The notes beneath the pieces were generated by a model. It saw only the letters and a program-made list of their open reading frames with translations, was not told the origin of the DNA and made no database searches. From Dehalococcoidia bacterium (GTDB taxonomy: Bacteria > Chloroflexota > Dehalococcoidia > Lucifugimonadales > VXLM01), in contig OY759598.1 of assembly GCA_963662435.1 (NCBI GenBank), forward strand, positions 3,814,507 to 3,878,506: DNA of 64,000 nt, written 5' to 3'. The translations under genes and the position numbers were made by a program. Position 1 is the stretch's first letter. The number at the start of each line of letters is the position of its first letter. Shown piece after piece: positions 10,391 to 18,985 of the stretch.

Positions 10391-10551
10391 GGTGCTTGCC
10401 GGTACGGCGTAATCGCCAGCCAAAGGCAAAGATTGTGGGCCAAAGAACTCATTGACAGCCAACTGAGTGGTATGAGAACATGTGTGCGCTAACCAAGCCT
10501 TCGTCGTAAAGACGCTCACCAATTGTAACCGAGGTACGGATAGAGGGTTTC

Positions 10552-11747
10552 ATGGCTGAAAAGGGCAGAACAACGATATCGAAGCTCACGCTTGCTGATC
10601 TTGATGCGGTTGACGAACTGATGAAGCCTAACACCGGCACGATTGGGTTCCTTCCACGAGAAGTGCTTAAGGATTACCTCACTAGAGAGTGGGTGTTGGG
10701 TGCTTCAACTTGGGATGGCAAACTTATCGGCTACCTCATGTACGGCTCCTATCCTGATCGTTTCCGAGTGGCCCAACTATGTGTGGCAATGGCCTACAGA
10801 GGAAGGGGTGTAGCTAGGCAACTAATTGAAGCCCTAAAGGCATCAGCCACCACTCAAAAGGTAGTAAGGCTCAGTTGCCGCAATGATTTCCCAGCACACT
10901 TGTTGTGGCCCAAATTGGGATTCGTGCCTACAGGAGAAACGCCAGGTCGATCTAGAGAGGGGCACCTTCTGACGCAATGGCGTCTGACTTTAGCGCGGGA
11001 TGATCAGCTTGCATTATTCCGTGCGAATGTATCCGATTCGATTCTTGATGTCGTCATCGATGCTCAGATTTTCTTTGACTTCGAAAGGCCTGATAGCGAA
11101 GTTACACTGCCCTCAAAGGCACTGGTTTCAGATCTCTTCTTGGATTCCGTAAACCTCTGGTATACGGATGAACTCTTAAGTGATATCAGCCACCACGGGA
11201 GTTCTGACGTGCGCAGAGTTTCTAGGGAGAGAACTGGGCAATTCATGGAAGCAAAGTATGATCCTATCACTTTAGAACTATTTAGAGAATCACTCAAGAA
11301 GATTCTCCCGAGTGGCAATCAGAATCAGCTATCGGACATCAATCATCTGGCAAAGGCCGCGGCGTCGGAAATCAAGGTCTTTGTTACTAGAGATCAAAGA
11401 CTTCTAAAGAAGGCTGCGCAGATCGAGGGGTTGGTGAACTTGGAAGTGAATTCACCTACGGCGTTGATCCTTCGGCTTAATGAGTTATCGGAAACGGATG
11501 CTTTTGAACCCGACCGTGTTTCGGGGCTCGAATTTAGATGGCGACGACTAAAGTCTGATGAACTCACCGTTTTTCCGTTCAATCGCTTTCTTGATGGTGC
11601 GGAAGCGTTGCGCCGACTGAAGGCAAGGGTGGAGTCTCTCCTCGTGGATCCCAATCTACACGACGTAGAGGTTCTCTGGTCCGGGGATGAACCGATCGCG
11701 CTCCGCTCCTTGACATATGGATCTAGGAATACGCTAACTATTTCTTT
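10552..11747 (+). pseudogene. 5' part of a GNAT-PIN-GNAT-EVE/PUA-like multidomain gene interrupted by an IS
   Basis: GNAT (LCVAMAYRGRGVARQL, WPKLGF) and PIN motifs (VVIDAQI, SDINHL, FVTRD); the frame runs into the IS TIR at 11748. Confidence 0.85.
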
Positions 11748-11795
11748 GGTGATTATCTACTTGACGCACGAATTGGAGGCCGTTAGAATGCGCGG

Positions 11796-12140
11796 ATGCA
11801 GAACTGGAAGACAGGGATCGGCGGGGCAATTATTGCGATTGCCAGCTTTGTGCATGGGTTGCCGGGGTTCTTCGACGACTCTAAGTCGTGGGTTGCATGG
11901 GTCAACGTTATGGAGCTAACGTCTCACCTATGGCTTATTGGCGTGTTCGGCGGCGTTCTCATAGCTACTTGGGGATGGTGGCGAAAGTATCTACTTCGTG
12001 TTCGTGGCAAGGTGGTTCCCAATAGGAAGATGAAAGAGAAGGTTGAGCAGCTTGAGTATGAGACGGCCCTTAATAGTGCCAAGAGTCTACTTCTGAAACT
12101 CGACGTAGAGGAACACGTCGATAAGAGCAAAGACAAATGA
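11796..12140 (+). CDS. IS passenger: hypothetical membrane protein
   Basis: 114 aa, two hydrophobic segments plus a basic tail; GGAGG lies upstream, though somewhat far from this ATG. Confidence 0.55.
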   Translation: MQNWKTGIGGAIIAIASFVHGLPGFFDDSKSWVAWVNVMELTSHLWLIGVFGGVLIATWGWWRKYLLRVRGKVVPNRKMKEKVEQLEYETALNSAKSLLLKLDVEEHVDKSKDK

Positions 12141-12305
12141 TAGTCTCCTTGACAATAATACAGGTGTCCTATACGGTTCCACAGCCTCTGGACGGGCACC
12201 ACAATCGCATATGGGTATGCAAGTCTGGCTCCGCGCCTCCTTGCGGCCTGTATGCGGGTGCTTTCCGTCCAGAGAGTCCTAGACTTGCTGCAAGGAGGCA
12301 CCTGA

Positions 12306-12722
12306 ATGGAACGACTACAGGTAGCGATAGGCATAGCGGTTTTGATCGTCGTGACTGCGGGATGCAGTTTCAGCCAGTTCACGCAGTCCGAGAAGCTCAC
12401 GGAGAATATCGACGACTACCGGACGGGATGCGAGGTCGATGCGGACACGCTAATGACCGAGTACAAGCAATGGGAAGCCAATCGTTGGCACTTCGACGCC
12501 GACGACCCGACACCGACACCGTCACCGATAGACGATATGGAAGTTGCGCTATCAGCTCACTTGGAGAGTGTTTGGGAGCATGGATGCGCGACCGGGCGGC
12601 GCGACGTGGTAGGAGCGGAGCAAACGACTCTCAAGGCCCTACGCGACCAGTTGGATATCCTCGACGATCGGCTCACCGAGCTAGAGGCAACGCCTACTCC
12701 CACGGCAACGCCGACACCCTAG
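12306..12722 (+). CDS. IS passenger: putative lipoprotein
   Basis: RBS AAGGAGG, signal peptide with lipobox TAGC, coiled-coil-like C-terminus and PT repeats. Confidence 0.7.
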   Translation: MERLQVAIGIAVLIVVTAGCSFSQFTQSEKLTENIDDYRTGCEVDADTLMTEYKQWEANRWHFDADDPTPTPSPIDDMEVALSAHLESVWEHGCATGRRDVVGAEQTTLKALRDQLDILDDRLTELEATPTPTATPTP

Positions 12723-12724
12723 AC

Positions 12725-13615
12725 CTAGGCGGCTGTGAGCCGCTCGTAGGTAAGATGCTCGGTGTTGACGATACGCTTGAGCGTGTCAACGAAGATGTGG
12801 TCGTTGTCGCGGTTGTTGTAGCGCCATTCGAGTTCCTCAAGATAGCGGTCAAGGTGCTTTGCGCTCACCTTGTGGAACGCTCCGACGATGCTACGCTTGA
12901 ACAGCGACCACACACCTTCAACCGTGTTGGTATGCACATCGCCCACGACCCACTCCTCAAGGCTGTGGTTGACCGTCTCATGGCGGGTGTTCTCGTCGGC
13001 AATCCCGATGTACGACTTGAGCTCGTCTGTGTAGATCGCCTGGGCTTCGTCTTTCACCGTCTCGGCGATGAAGGCATGGAGCGTGTCGCGCCGCACGTCG
13101 GGAATGCGCTTGAGGCGAATGGTTCCCTTACGCTGTACCGCTCCCGCTACCCACGTCTTATTCCCCTTGTAAGCGCGTCCCTTGCCTTTCGTCTTGCCGC
13201 CTACAAGCGTCTCGTCAACTTCGATGATGCCGAGCAAGGTAGGTCCGTCAAGAGGATCGTTCCCCATAGCCTCGCGGATGCGATGAGAGAGGTACCACGC
13301 CGTCTTGTAGGCTACTCCAAGCGTCCGTTTGAGTTGCAGAGCGGAGATACCCTTCTTGGACTCGCACATGAGGTAAATGGCGATGAACCACTTTCGGAGC
13401 GGCAAATGAGAGTCGTGCATGATGGTGTCCGCCGTCACGCTGAACCGATACCGGCAAGCGTTGCAATCGTACTGCTTTCGAGTATCTATCTCCGATATGC
13501 TCAGAGAGCCACATCGGAGGCAAGCAACGCCGTTCGGCCAACGGAGACGTTCGAGAAGTTCACGGCACTTGGTATCAGTGCTAAAGTCGTCCATCAAAGT
13601 GAGAAGGTTTGTCAT
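12725..13615 (-). CDS. IS1595-family DDE transposase
   Basis: Zn ribbon (CLRC...CNAC), EVDET, YTDE, HETVNH, HTNTVEGVWSLFKR, YLEELEWRYN; RBS AGGAG. Confidence 0.95.
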   Translation of the reverse strand: MTNLLTLMDDFSTDTKCRELLERLRWPNGVACLRCGSLSISEIDTRKQYDCNACRYRFSVTADTIMHDSHLPLRKWFIAIYLMCESKKGISALQLKRTLGVAYKTAWYLSHRIREAMGNDPLDGPTLLGIIEVDETLVGGKTKGKGRAYKGNKTWVAGAVQRKGTIRLKRIPDVRRDTLHAFIAETVKDEAQAIYTDELKSYIGIADENTRHETVNHSLEEWVVGDVHTNTVEGVWSLFKRSIVGAFHKVSAKHLDRYLEELEWRYNNRDNDHIFVDTLKRIVNTEHLTYERLTAA

Positions 13616-13763
13616 GGCTCAAGCTCCTAAAAAGCGGCGTCGGTTGTTACCAAAAGACATTACGCAAAAGGCCGACTCGGAAGTAGCTGAAAAGCTGTTT
13701 GGCAAACGCGCCAAACGCGAGTTAGACCGTGTTGCTAGTGCGTTTATCAAGTCCATAAAGTGA
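13614..13763 (+). CDS. Small basic ORF (49 aa) divergent from the transposase
   Basis: MAQAPKKRRRLLPKDITQKADSEVAEKLFGKRAKRELDRVA...; its ATG overlaps the transposase start (CATG); GAAGG upstream. Confidence 0.4.
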   Translation: MAQAPKKRRRLLPKDITQKADSEVAEKLFGKRAKRELDRVASAFIKSIK

Positions 13764-13812
13764 TCATATCACCTACAAAAACGTGCGTCAAGTAGATAAT
13801 CACCATTTCTTT

Positions 13813-14644
13813 AGGCAGGGTGGCAAGTGCACAAAAAGGACTATTGGTTAGGCGATTTCTGATCTCTGATGCGATTTACAGGGCCATGCAACGGAATCTT
13901 GAGATGGTGAAGATCGAAGCATCCTCTCTTCCGGCGAATCTCATTCAAGGGATCTCTGAGATGGGATTTACGAAATGTGATGACCATTTCATAAGATTCT
14001 GTTTTGTAGGTTATCGTGACCGAAAAGATACTCTGCACGAGATCGCGAGATTGGTTCCTCAAGCTGTAGAAAGCTATCGAAGTATGTCGCCAGTTCAATT
14101 CGAACGTGCTTGCTCCCCACTAAGTACCTATTCAGAGCAGAATCACTATCTAATCTCAATCAAGCCAGGCTACGCTCTAAATCTCATTGATAGAAAACGA
14201 TCATCAACCGATATGTTCGGAGGAAACCCCAATGTGCTGCTGCTATGGAACAAGGTGTATTATCGAAGTGCTGATCGTCAGAAAATGCTCCGACCTCCAG
14301 GGCGGATACTGTGGTACGTGAGCAGCAACCCCAAGGCAATCGTTGCTGTATCTCATCTCGACGAGGTCGTAATCGATACTCCGAAGGAGTTATTCCGAGA
14401 ATTCAGGAAGTATGGCACTTTTGAATGGAGCGATGTCAATGAGATGTGTGGTGGAGACATTACTAAGTCCATCATGGTGTTGAGGTTTTCGCACACGTTT
14501 TCTCTTCCGAGAGATGTGCCAATTCATGAGATTCGTGAAGTATTCGACGAGAATAAAGTCGGACTTTCGTTACAGGGGCCAAGCAGCATTGAATTCAATA
14601 CTTTCAACAAACTCTTGCAGCTTGGATTCCAGGAGCAGTCATGA
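13813..14644 (+). pseudogene. 3' part of the interrupted GNAT-PIN-GNAT-EVE/PUA-like gene
   Basis: In frame with 10552 once the IS and one TSD are removed (...TLTISL|GRVASAQ...); C-terminal PUA/EVE-like segment (ISIKPGYA, VYYRS, ILWYVS). Confidence 0.85.
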
Positions 14645-15159
14645 ACTCGGCAATGACGCCTTTACTGTTTTCGTTAAGACCCCGCTACGCCAATCTGGTG
14701 TTTGAGGGGCTGAAGAAGTATGAACTGAGACGGCGTGGTTTAACGCTGATGAGGGGGAGGGATGTCTTCGTCTACGTTACCAGCCCTGTAGGGAAGTTAC
14801 GGGGCGGGTTTCGAGTTGGGGAGGTGCGGACTGGAACGCCAGACGAGATTTGGAACCTTGTGTCCGTAGGTGCTTGCATCGAGAAGCCAGACTTTGACGC
14901 CTACTTTGCTGGGCGGAGCACCGCTTACGCTCTGGAGGTCACAGAAGTTTGGGAATACTCGGATCCCTTTGGCCTAGGAGAGTTGAGGGATAGGTTTGAG
15001 AATTTCGTAGTCCCGCAATCATGGAGGTATGTGAAACCTGACGAGCATGATCTCTTCCTCCAAATGGAGCGTGACGGGTTAGATAAGGAGAGTAGGCAAG
15101 AAGCCAGTCAGCGTTGGCCGGGTAAGGGTTCGCTAATATCGCAAGGCGTTTCTGGCTAA
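14641..15159 (+). CDS. ASCH domain protein
   Basis: SLRPRYANLVFEGLKKYELRR (GxKxxExR), VYVTSP, PQSWRY; ATGA-coupled to the upstream gene. Confidence 0.88.
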   Translation: MNSAMTPLLFSLRPRYANLVFEGLKKYELRRRGLTLMRGRDVFVYVTSPVGKLRGGFRVGEVRTGTPDEIWNLVSVGACIEKPDFDAYFAGRSTAYALEVTEVWEYSDPFGLGELRDRFENFVVPQSWRYVKPDEHDLFLQMERDGLDKESRQEASQRWPGKGSLISQGVSG

Positions 15160-15203
15160 TCTGGATTCTAGGATACCCGCAATATCCCTGGTTTGTTGCG
15201 GTC

Positions 15204-15572
15204 TCAGGCCGCTTCGGCTGCCAGCTGCGCCTTGGCCGTATCGGCGATGGAAGCGAACGCTTCGGGGTCGGTCGCGCCCAGCTCGGCGAGCATCTTGCGG
15301 TTTACCTCTACGCCGGCGAGCTTCAGACCATGGATGAGCTTGCTGTAGGAGAGGCCGTTAGCGCGTGCCGCCGCGTTGATGCGGATGTTCCACAGGCGGC
15401 GCATATCGCCCTTCTTCGCGCGCCGGTGAACGTAAGCGTACTTGAGCGCGTGCATGACGGACTCGTTTGCCTGCTTGAATAGGCGGGAACGGCCGCTCTG
15501 GTGGCCCGATGCCATCTGGACAATCTTCTTGTGGCGTCGACGCCTGGTGTATCCTCGTTTGACTCGTGTCAC
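15204..15572 (-). CDS. rplT: 50S ribosomal protein L20
   Basis: MTRVKRG, RLWNIRINAA, NRKMLAEL. Confidence 0.98.
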   Translation of the reverse strand: MTRVKRGYTRRRRHKKIVQMASGHQSGRSRLFKQANESVMHALKYAYVHRRAKKGDMRRLWNIRINAAARANGLSYSKLIHGLKLAGVEVNRKMLAELGATDPEAFASIADTAKAQLAAEAA

Positions 15573-15587
15573 GTGAAAATCCTCGTC

Positions 15588-15794
15588 TTACTTGGTGGAG
15601 CCGTAAGGCAGCAAGGTCCGCACGCTTCGAACGTCGGCGTCGCTGCCGGGCAGGGTCTGTCGCATCTGTCGCTTGACGCGCTTGGCCTTCCGGCGTCGGA
15701 AATGTCCTTGCCGTCCCTTCATTCGGAGGAGTTTGCCGGTCTTGGTGAACTTGAACCGCGCGGCTGCCCCCTTATGGGTCTTGAGCTTAGGCAC
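15588..15794 (-). CDS. rpmI: 50S ribosomal protein L35
   Basis: MPKLKTHKGAAARF; position in infC-rpmI-rplT. Confidence 0.97.
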   Translation of the reverse strand: MPKLKTHKGAAARFKFTKTGKLLRMKGRQGHFRRRKAKRVKRQMRQTLPGSDADVRSVRTLLPYGSTK

Positions 15795-16356
15795 GCGTCT
15801 TCTCCTTTTCCGTCTTCTGTTTCGTATTCTTGCCGCTGGTGGTTACAGGGGCCAGGATCATCGCGAGGAACCTGCCTTCGAACGACGGGGCCTTTTCCAT
15901 ACCCGCGTCCTCTACGAGGCTCTCGGCGACCCGTCGCAGAAGGGCCATTCCGATCTCCGGGTGGGTTATCTCGCGTCCTCGGAATCGGACCGAGACCCTT
16001 ACCTTCGACCCCTCTCCTAGGAGGCGTTTGACCTGCCGTATCTTCGTTTCGAGGTCGTGGTCTCCTATGCGTCCCTCGAGACGGACTTCCCGCAGCTCGT
16101 TGGTGGTCTTGCTTCGCTGCGCCTTTCGGGCCTCTCGCTCTCGGCGCGTGGCCTCGTACCTGAATTTTCCGTAGTCCATCAGACGGCAGACGGGAGGCCT
16201 GCTGCCCGGAGCGACTTCAACGAGGTCGAGCCCTCGTTCCTGTGCGAAATTCAGGGCCTGACGCGTGGGCATGACGCCAAGCTGCTTGCCCGTTTCGTCA
16301 ATCAAACGGACCTCAGATATGCGGATCCGCTCGTTGACTCGATAGTCTCGTGGTAT
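15787..16356 (-). CDS. infC: Translation initiation factor IF-3 (probable ATA start)
   Basis: RVNERIRISEVRLID, LDLVEV, PPVCRLMDYGKF; GAGGTG precedes ATA at 16356 and an in-frame TGA lies just upstream. Confidence 0.95.
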   Translation of the reverse strand: MPRDYRVNERIRISEVRLIDETGKQLGVMPTRQALNFAQERGLDLVEVAPGSRPPVCRLMDYGKFRYEATRREREARKAQRSKTTNELREVRLEGRIGDHDLETKIRQVKRLLGEGSKVRVSVRFRGREITHPEIGMALLRRVAESLVEDAGMEKAPSFEGRFLAMILAPVTTSGKNTKQKTEKEKTRA

Positions 16357-16556
16357 ACCTACACCTCACTAAACAAACAGTCCGTCCGAATTGGACGGCA
16401 CCATCGAATATAGCACACGACAAGTTGCAACACAATCGCAAATGCCGACAGGTTCGCACTGCTTTGGCCTTCCTGGGGATTTTGCGACTTTACGTAGACT
16501 ATGGGACACACTATGCTTGCTGAGAATTATACGCCCATTAGGACGCTTTTACGCAC

Positions 16557-17189
16557 GTGCGAATTCCGTTATTTCCCCTCAACGTTGTCTTGTTTCCAGG
16601 TGGGTACCTGCCGCTGCACATCTTCGAGCCACGGTACCGCCTGATGATGCGGCACTGCCTCGATGGTGACCGGCGATTCGGCGTGGTCCTCATCAACTCG
16701 GGGTCCGAAGTGGGAGAGCCGGCAACTCCCGAGATGGTCGGAACGATCGCTAACATAGATGAGGCGAAGACCCTCGAAGACGGACGCATGGTGATAGGCG
16801 TCGAGGGAGAGAAACGTTTTCGAATCGTGAAGATATTCGATCAGTTGCCCTATATCACTGCCGACGTCACCCTCATGGAAGATGATGGCTCTTCCCGTGT
16901 GAATGAGACCCTGACGGAAGAAGTAAGGCTGGCCGCCCAGGAACACCTGCAACTGCTCATTGGCCTGAGCGGTGAGCATCTGGAGACCCCCAGAGTACCG
17001 GCGGATCCCATTCAGCTGCGATACTCCGTGGGCTCGCAGCTTCAGGGTGAAGTAATTGGAAAGCAGGGTGTTCTGGAGATGGAAGATACCACGAACGCAC
17101 TACGACTGGCGCTCAGGCTCTTGAATGAGGAGACTCTCGTGCTCAGGGGACGGATGAGGGACAAGCTGGGAGGGTCGTCCGCCAACTAG
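16557..17189 (+). CDS. LON peptidase substrate-binding (LonN) domain protein
   Basis: IPLFPLNVVLFPG..LPLHIFEPRY, FGVVLI, RFRI. Confidence 0.9.
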   Translation: MRIPLFPLNVVLFPGGYLPLHIFEPRYRLMMRHCLDGDRRFGVVLINSGSEVGEPATPEMVGTIANIDEAKTLEDGRMVIGVEGEKRFRIVKIFDQLPYITADVTLMEDDGSSRVNETLTEEVRLAAQEHLQLLIGLSGEHLETPRVPADPIQLRYSVGSQLQGEVIGKQGVLEMEDTTNALRLALRLLNEETLVLRGRMRDKLGGSSAN

Positions 17190-17764
17190 ATTCCAAAGAG
17201 CGTGTTGTCGTGACAGCCCTCATCCCAGTTGATCGGCTCCATCCACCATTCTTCCTCGATGAACACCCACCTCGCGCCCTCCTCGACCACACCGAGGTAG
17301 TCGTGGAACTGATCGGTGACCAGTTCTCCCTTGTGGTAGATGTCCATCCTGACAGTGCCGACGCGGTCATTGTCCTCCGATGACTTCACGTCGACGATCT
17401 CCCACGAAAGCTGTTCCTGCCGGTAGAGTCCGGCCAGTGACCTGATCCTTGCGATCTTCTCGCCCATGTCGAAGATGAACTGCTCCTTCGTACAGAGCTG
17501 GACGGCGGGCAGGCCGTAGGGTATTCGAGGCCTAACGGAGCGAGGACTCTTGAACTCGTAGAGATCGATCCACCGATTCTCGTTGATGGCCAGGGTGGCT
17601 TCTGCCGCCCGGGCCCGCAAATCGTCGAGCACCGGGGGCGGGCCGGTCTCTTCAGGAAGCAGCGTGGGGTCTTCACCGGTGCCGCAAGCTGCAAGGAAGA
17701 AAGCCAACGCGGTCATGACGATGAGCAGGGTGGCAACGCACGAGTCGCGCTCCGGGAGCATCAT
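17186..17764 (-). CDS. Hypothetical lipoprotein
   Basis: Hydrophobic signal with lipobox LAAC; same strand as and downstream of the DSD1 pair; start approximate. Confidence 0.6.
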   Translation of the reverse strand: MMLPERDSCVATLLIVMTALAFFLAACGTGEDPTLLPEETGPPPVLDDLRARAAEATLAINENRWIDLYEFKSPRSVRPRIPYGLPAVQLCTKEQFIFDMGEKIARIRSLAGLYRQEQLSWEIVDVKSSEDNDRVGTVRMDIYHKGELVTDQFHDYLGVVEEGARWVFIEEEWWMEPINWDEGCHDNTLFGI

Positions 17765-17804
17765 CCGCGGCAGTGTCCGACTGGGGCCGTGCAAGCGAGT
17801 CCCT

Positions 17805-18905
17805 CTAGTGGTAGCAGCCGCGACCTGGGATGTCCCATACGTCCTCGACCGCTCCGTCGCGGACGGCCACGTACTGGTCCCAGCGGTTGACGAGCATATC
17901 TTGGTGGGCGGGAAGGAGCTTGAACTTATCGCCAACGCGAAGGGGCGAATCACCGTTGGTCCTGAGGACAATGTGGTCGTCGTGGATCGACTCAACGTCG
18001 ACGCCGTCCAGGCCATCTACTGTGGGAAGCACGCCGGCAGGAGCCGCAATGGAGCGCATTCCCACGTCCCCAATTGCAACACCGGGCCGAGGAGTGCTCA
18101 CGACGGTGCCGAGGACCTTCCCCGCCACTTGAAACTCGGTCATGTAGCCGTACCCGGTGGACATGAGAGCGTACGAGCCGCCCTCGACCTCGGTGACGCC
18201 GGGAATCTGGGCAGCAACGTCGTAGCAGAAGGTCTCTCCACTGGAGACGATCTCCACGGGAATCCCGGCGGCTTCCACCGCGTCCTTCACCTTAAGGCAG
18301 ATGTCGATGGTCTCCTGACCGCGGAGAAAGCGGTCCTCTTTGCTGAATGCCTCACCGACATTCTGGTGGCTCATGACGCCTCGAAAGGCGACGCCGGGCA
18401 TGTCTCGGGCCGCCTCTGCGATCGCGACGCCTTCCTCAGGGCCGCGGACTCCAGCGCGTCCCATGGACGTATCGACCTCGATGAGGATGCCAACTTCCAC
18501 GCCATTCCTGGTGGCCACGTCGGAGATGGTCCGGACGTTCTCGACGCTGTCCACGCAGAGCTTGATGTCACCGTGTCGCGCCAGGGCGGACACGCGGTCG
18601 AGCTTGTCGTGGGTGACGACCTGATTGGGGATGAGGATATCGGTGATGCCGCCTTCCACCATGATCTCGGCCTCAGCCACCTTGGCGGTGCACACGCCAC
18701 CGTTCGATCCGCCAATTTCCATCTGCATCTTGGCGAGGAAGGGGCTCTTGATGTTCTTGGTGTGCTGGCGCATCTTGCAGACGGTGTCACGGTAGGTGTC
18801 CGAGACCACCCTGTAGTTGCTCTCAAGCGCGTCCAGCTCGACGATGAAGCATGGTGTCTCCAACTCATCGACGGGAGTGCCGCGTTCGCAGATCGTGCTG
18901 TCCAT
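17805..18905 (-). CDS. DSD1/D-threonine aldolase family PLP enzyme (alanine racemase fold)
   Basis: LETP, RQHTK (PLP lysine), AKVAEAE, EVDTSMGRAG, C-terminal HQD metal motif. Confidence 0.88.
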   Translation of the reverse strand: MDSTICERGTPVDELETPCFIVELDALESNYRVVSDTYRDTVCKMRQHTKNIKSPFLAKMQMEIGGSNGGVCTAKVAEAEIMVEGGITDILIPNQVVTHDKLDRVSALARHGDIKLCVDSVENVRTISDVATRNGVEVGILIEVDTSMGRAGVRGPEEGVAIAEAARDMPGVAFRGVMSHQNVGEAFSKEDRFLRGQETIDICLKVKDAVEAAGIPVEIVSSGETFCYDVAAQIPGVTEVEGGSYALMSTGYGYMTEFQVAGKVLGTVVSTPRPGVAIGDVGMRSIAAPAGVLPTVDGLDGVDVESIHDDHIVLRTNGDSPLRVGDKFKLLPAHQDMLVNRWDQYVAVRDGAVEDVWDIPGRGCYH

Positions 18906-18985
18906 CTTGGTCCTCCGACCGGGACGCGCCTGTCCTGTCCCGGCCCTTTGTTTTCTTGGCTTAGCGTTAGTGGCTGCCGATCAAG

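Larger units (their letters stand above)
11748..13804. mobile_element. IS1595-family insertion element with passenger genes (2057 bp)
   Basis: Perfect 23-bp TIRs (GGTGATTATCTACTTGACGCACG at 11748-11770; reverse complement at 13782-13804); 8-bp TSD ATTTCTTT at 11740-11747 and 13805-13812. Confidence 0.95.

Noticed and set aside
11748..11919. C-terminal tail of the 455-aa ORF (VIIYLTHELEAVRMRG...)
   Set aside because: Read-through into the IS left end, not part of the native protein.
12137..13630. 497-aa plus-strand ORF inside the IS
   Set aside because: It is antisense to the transposase and out of frame over the lipoprotein gene, with no recognisable motifs; treated as a shadow ORF.
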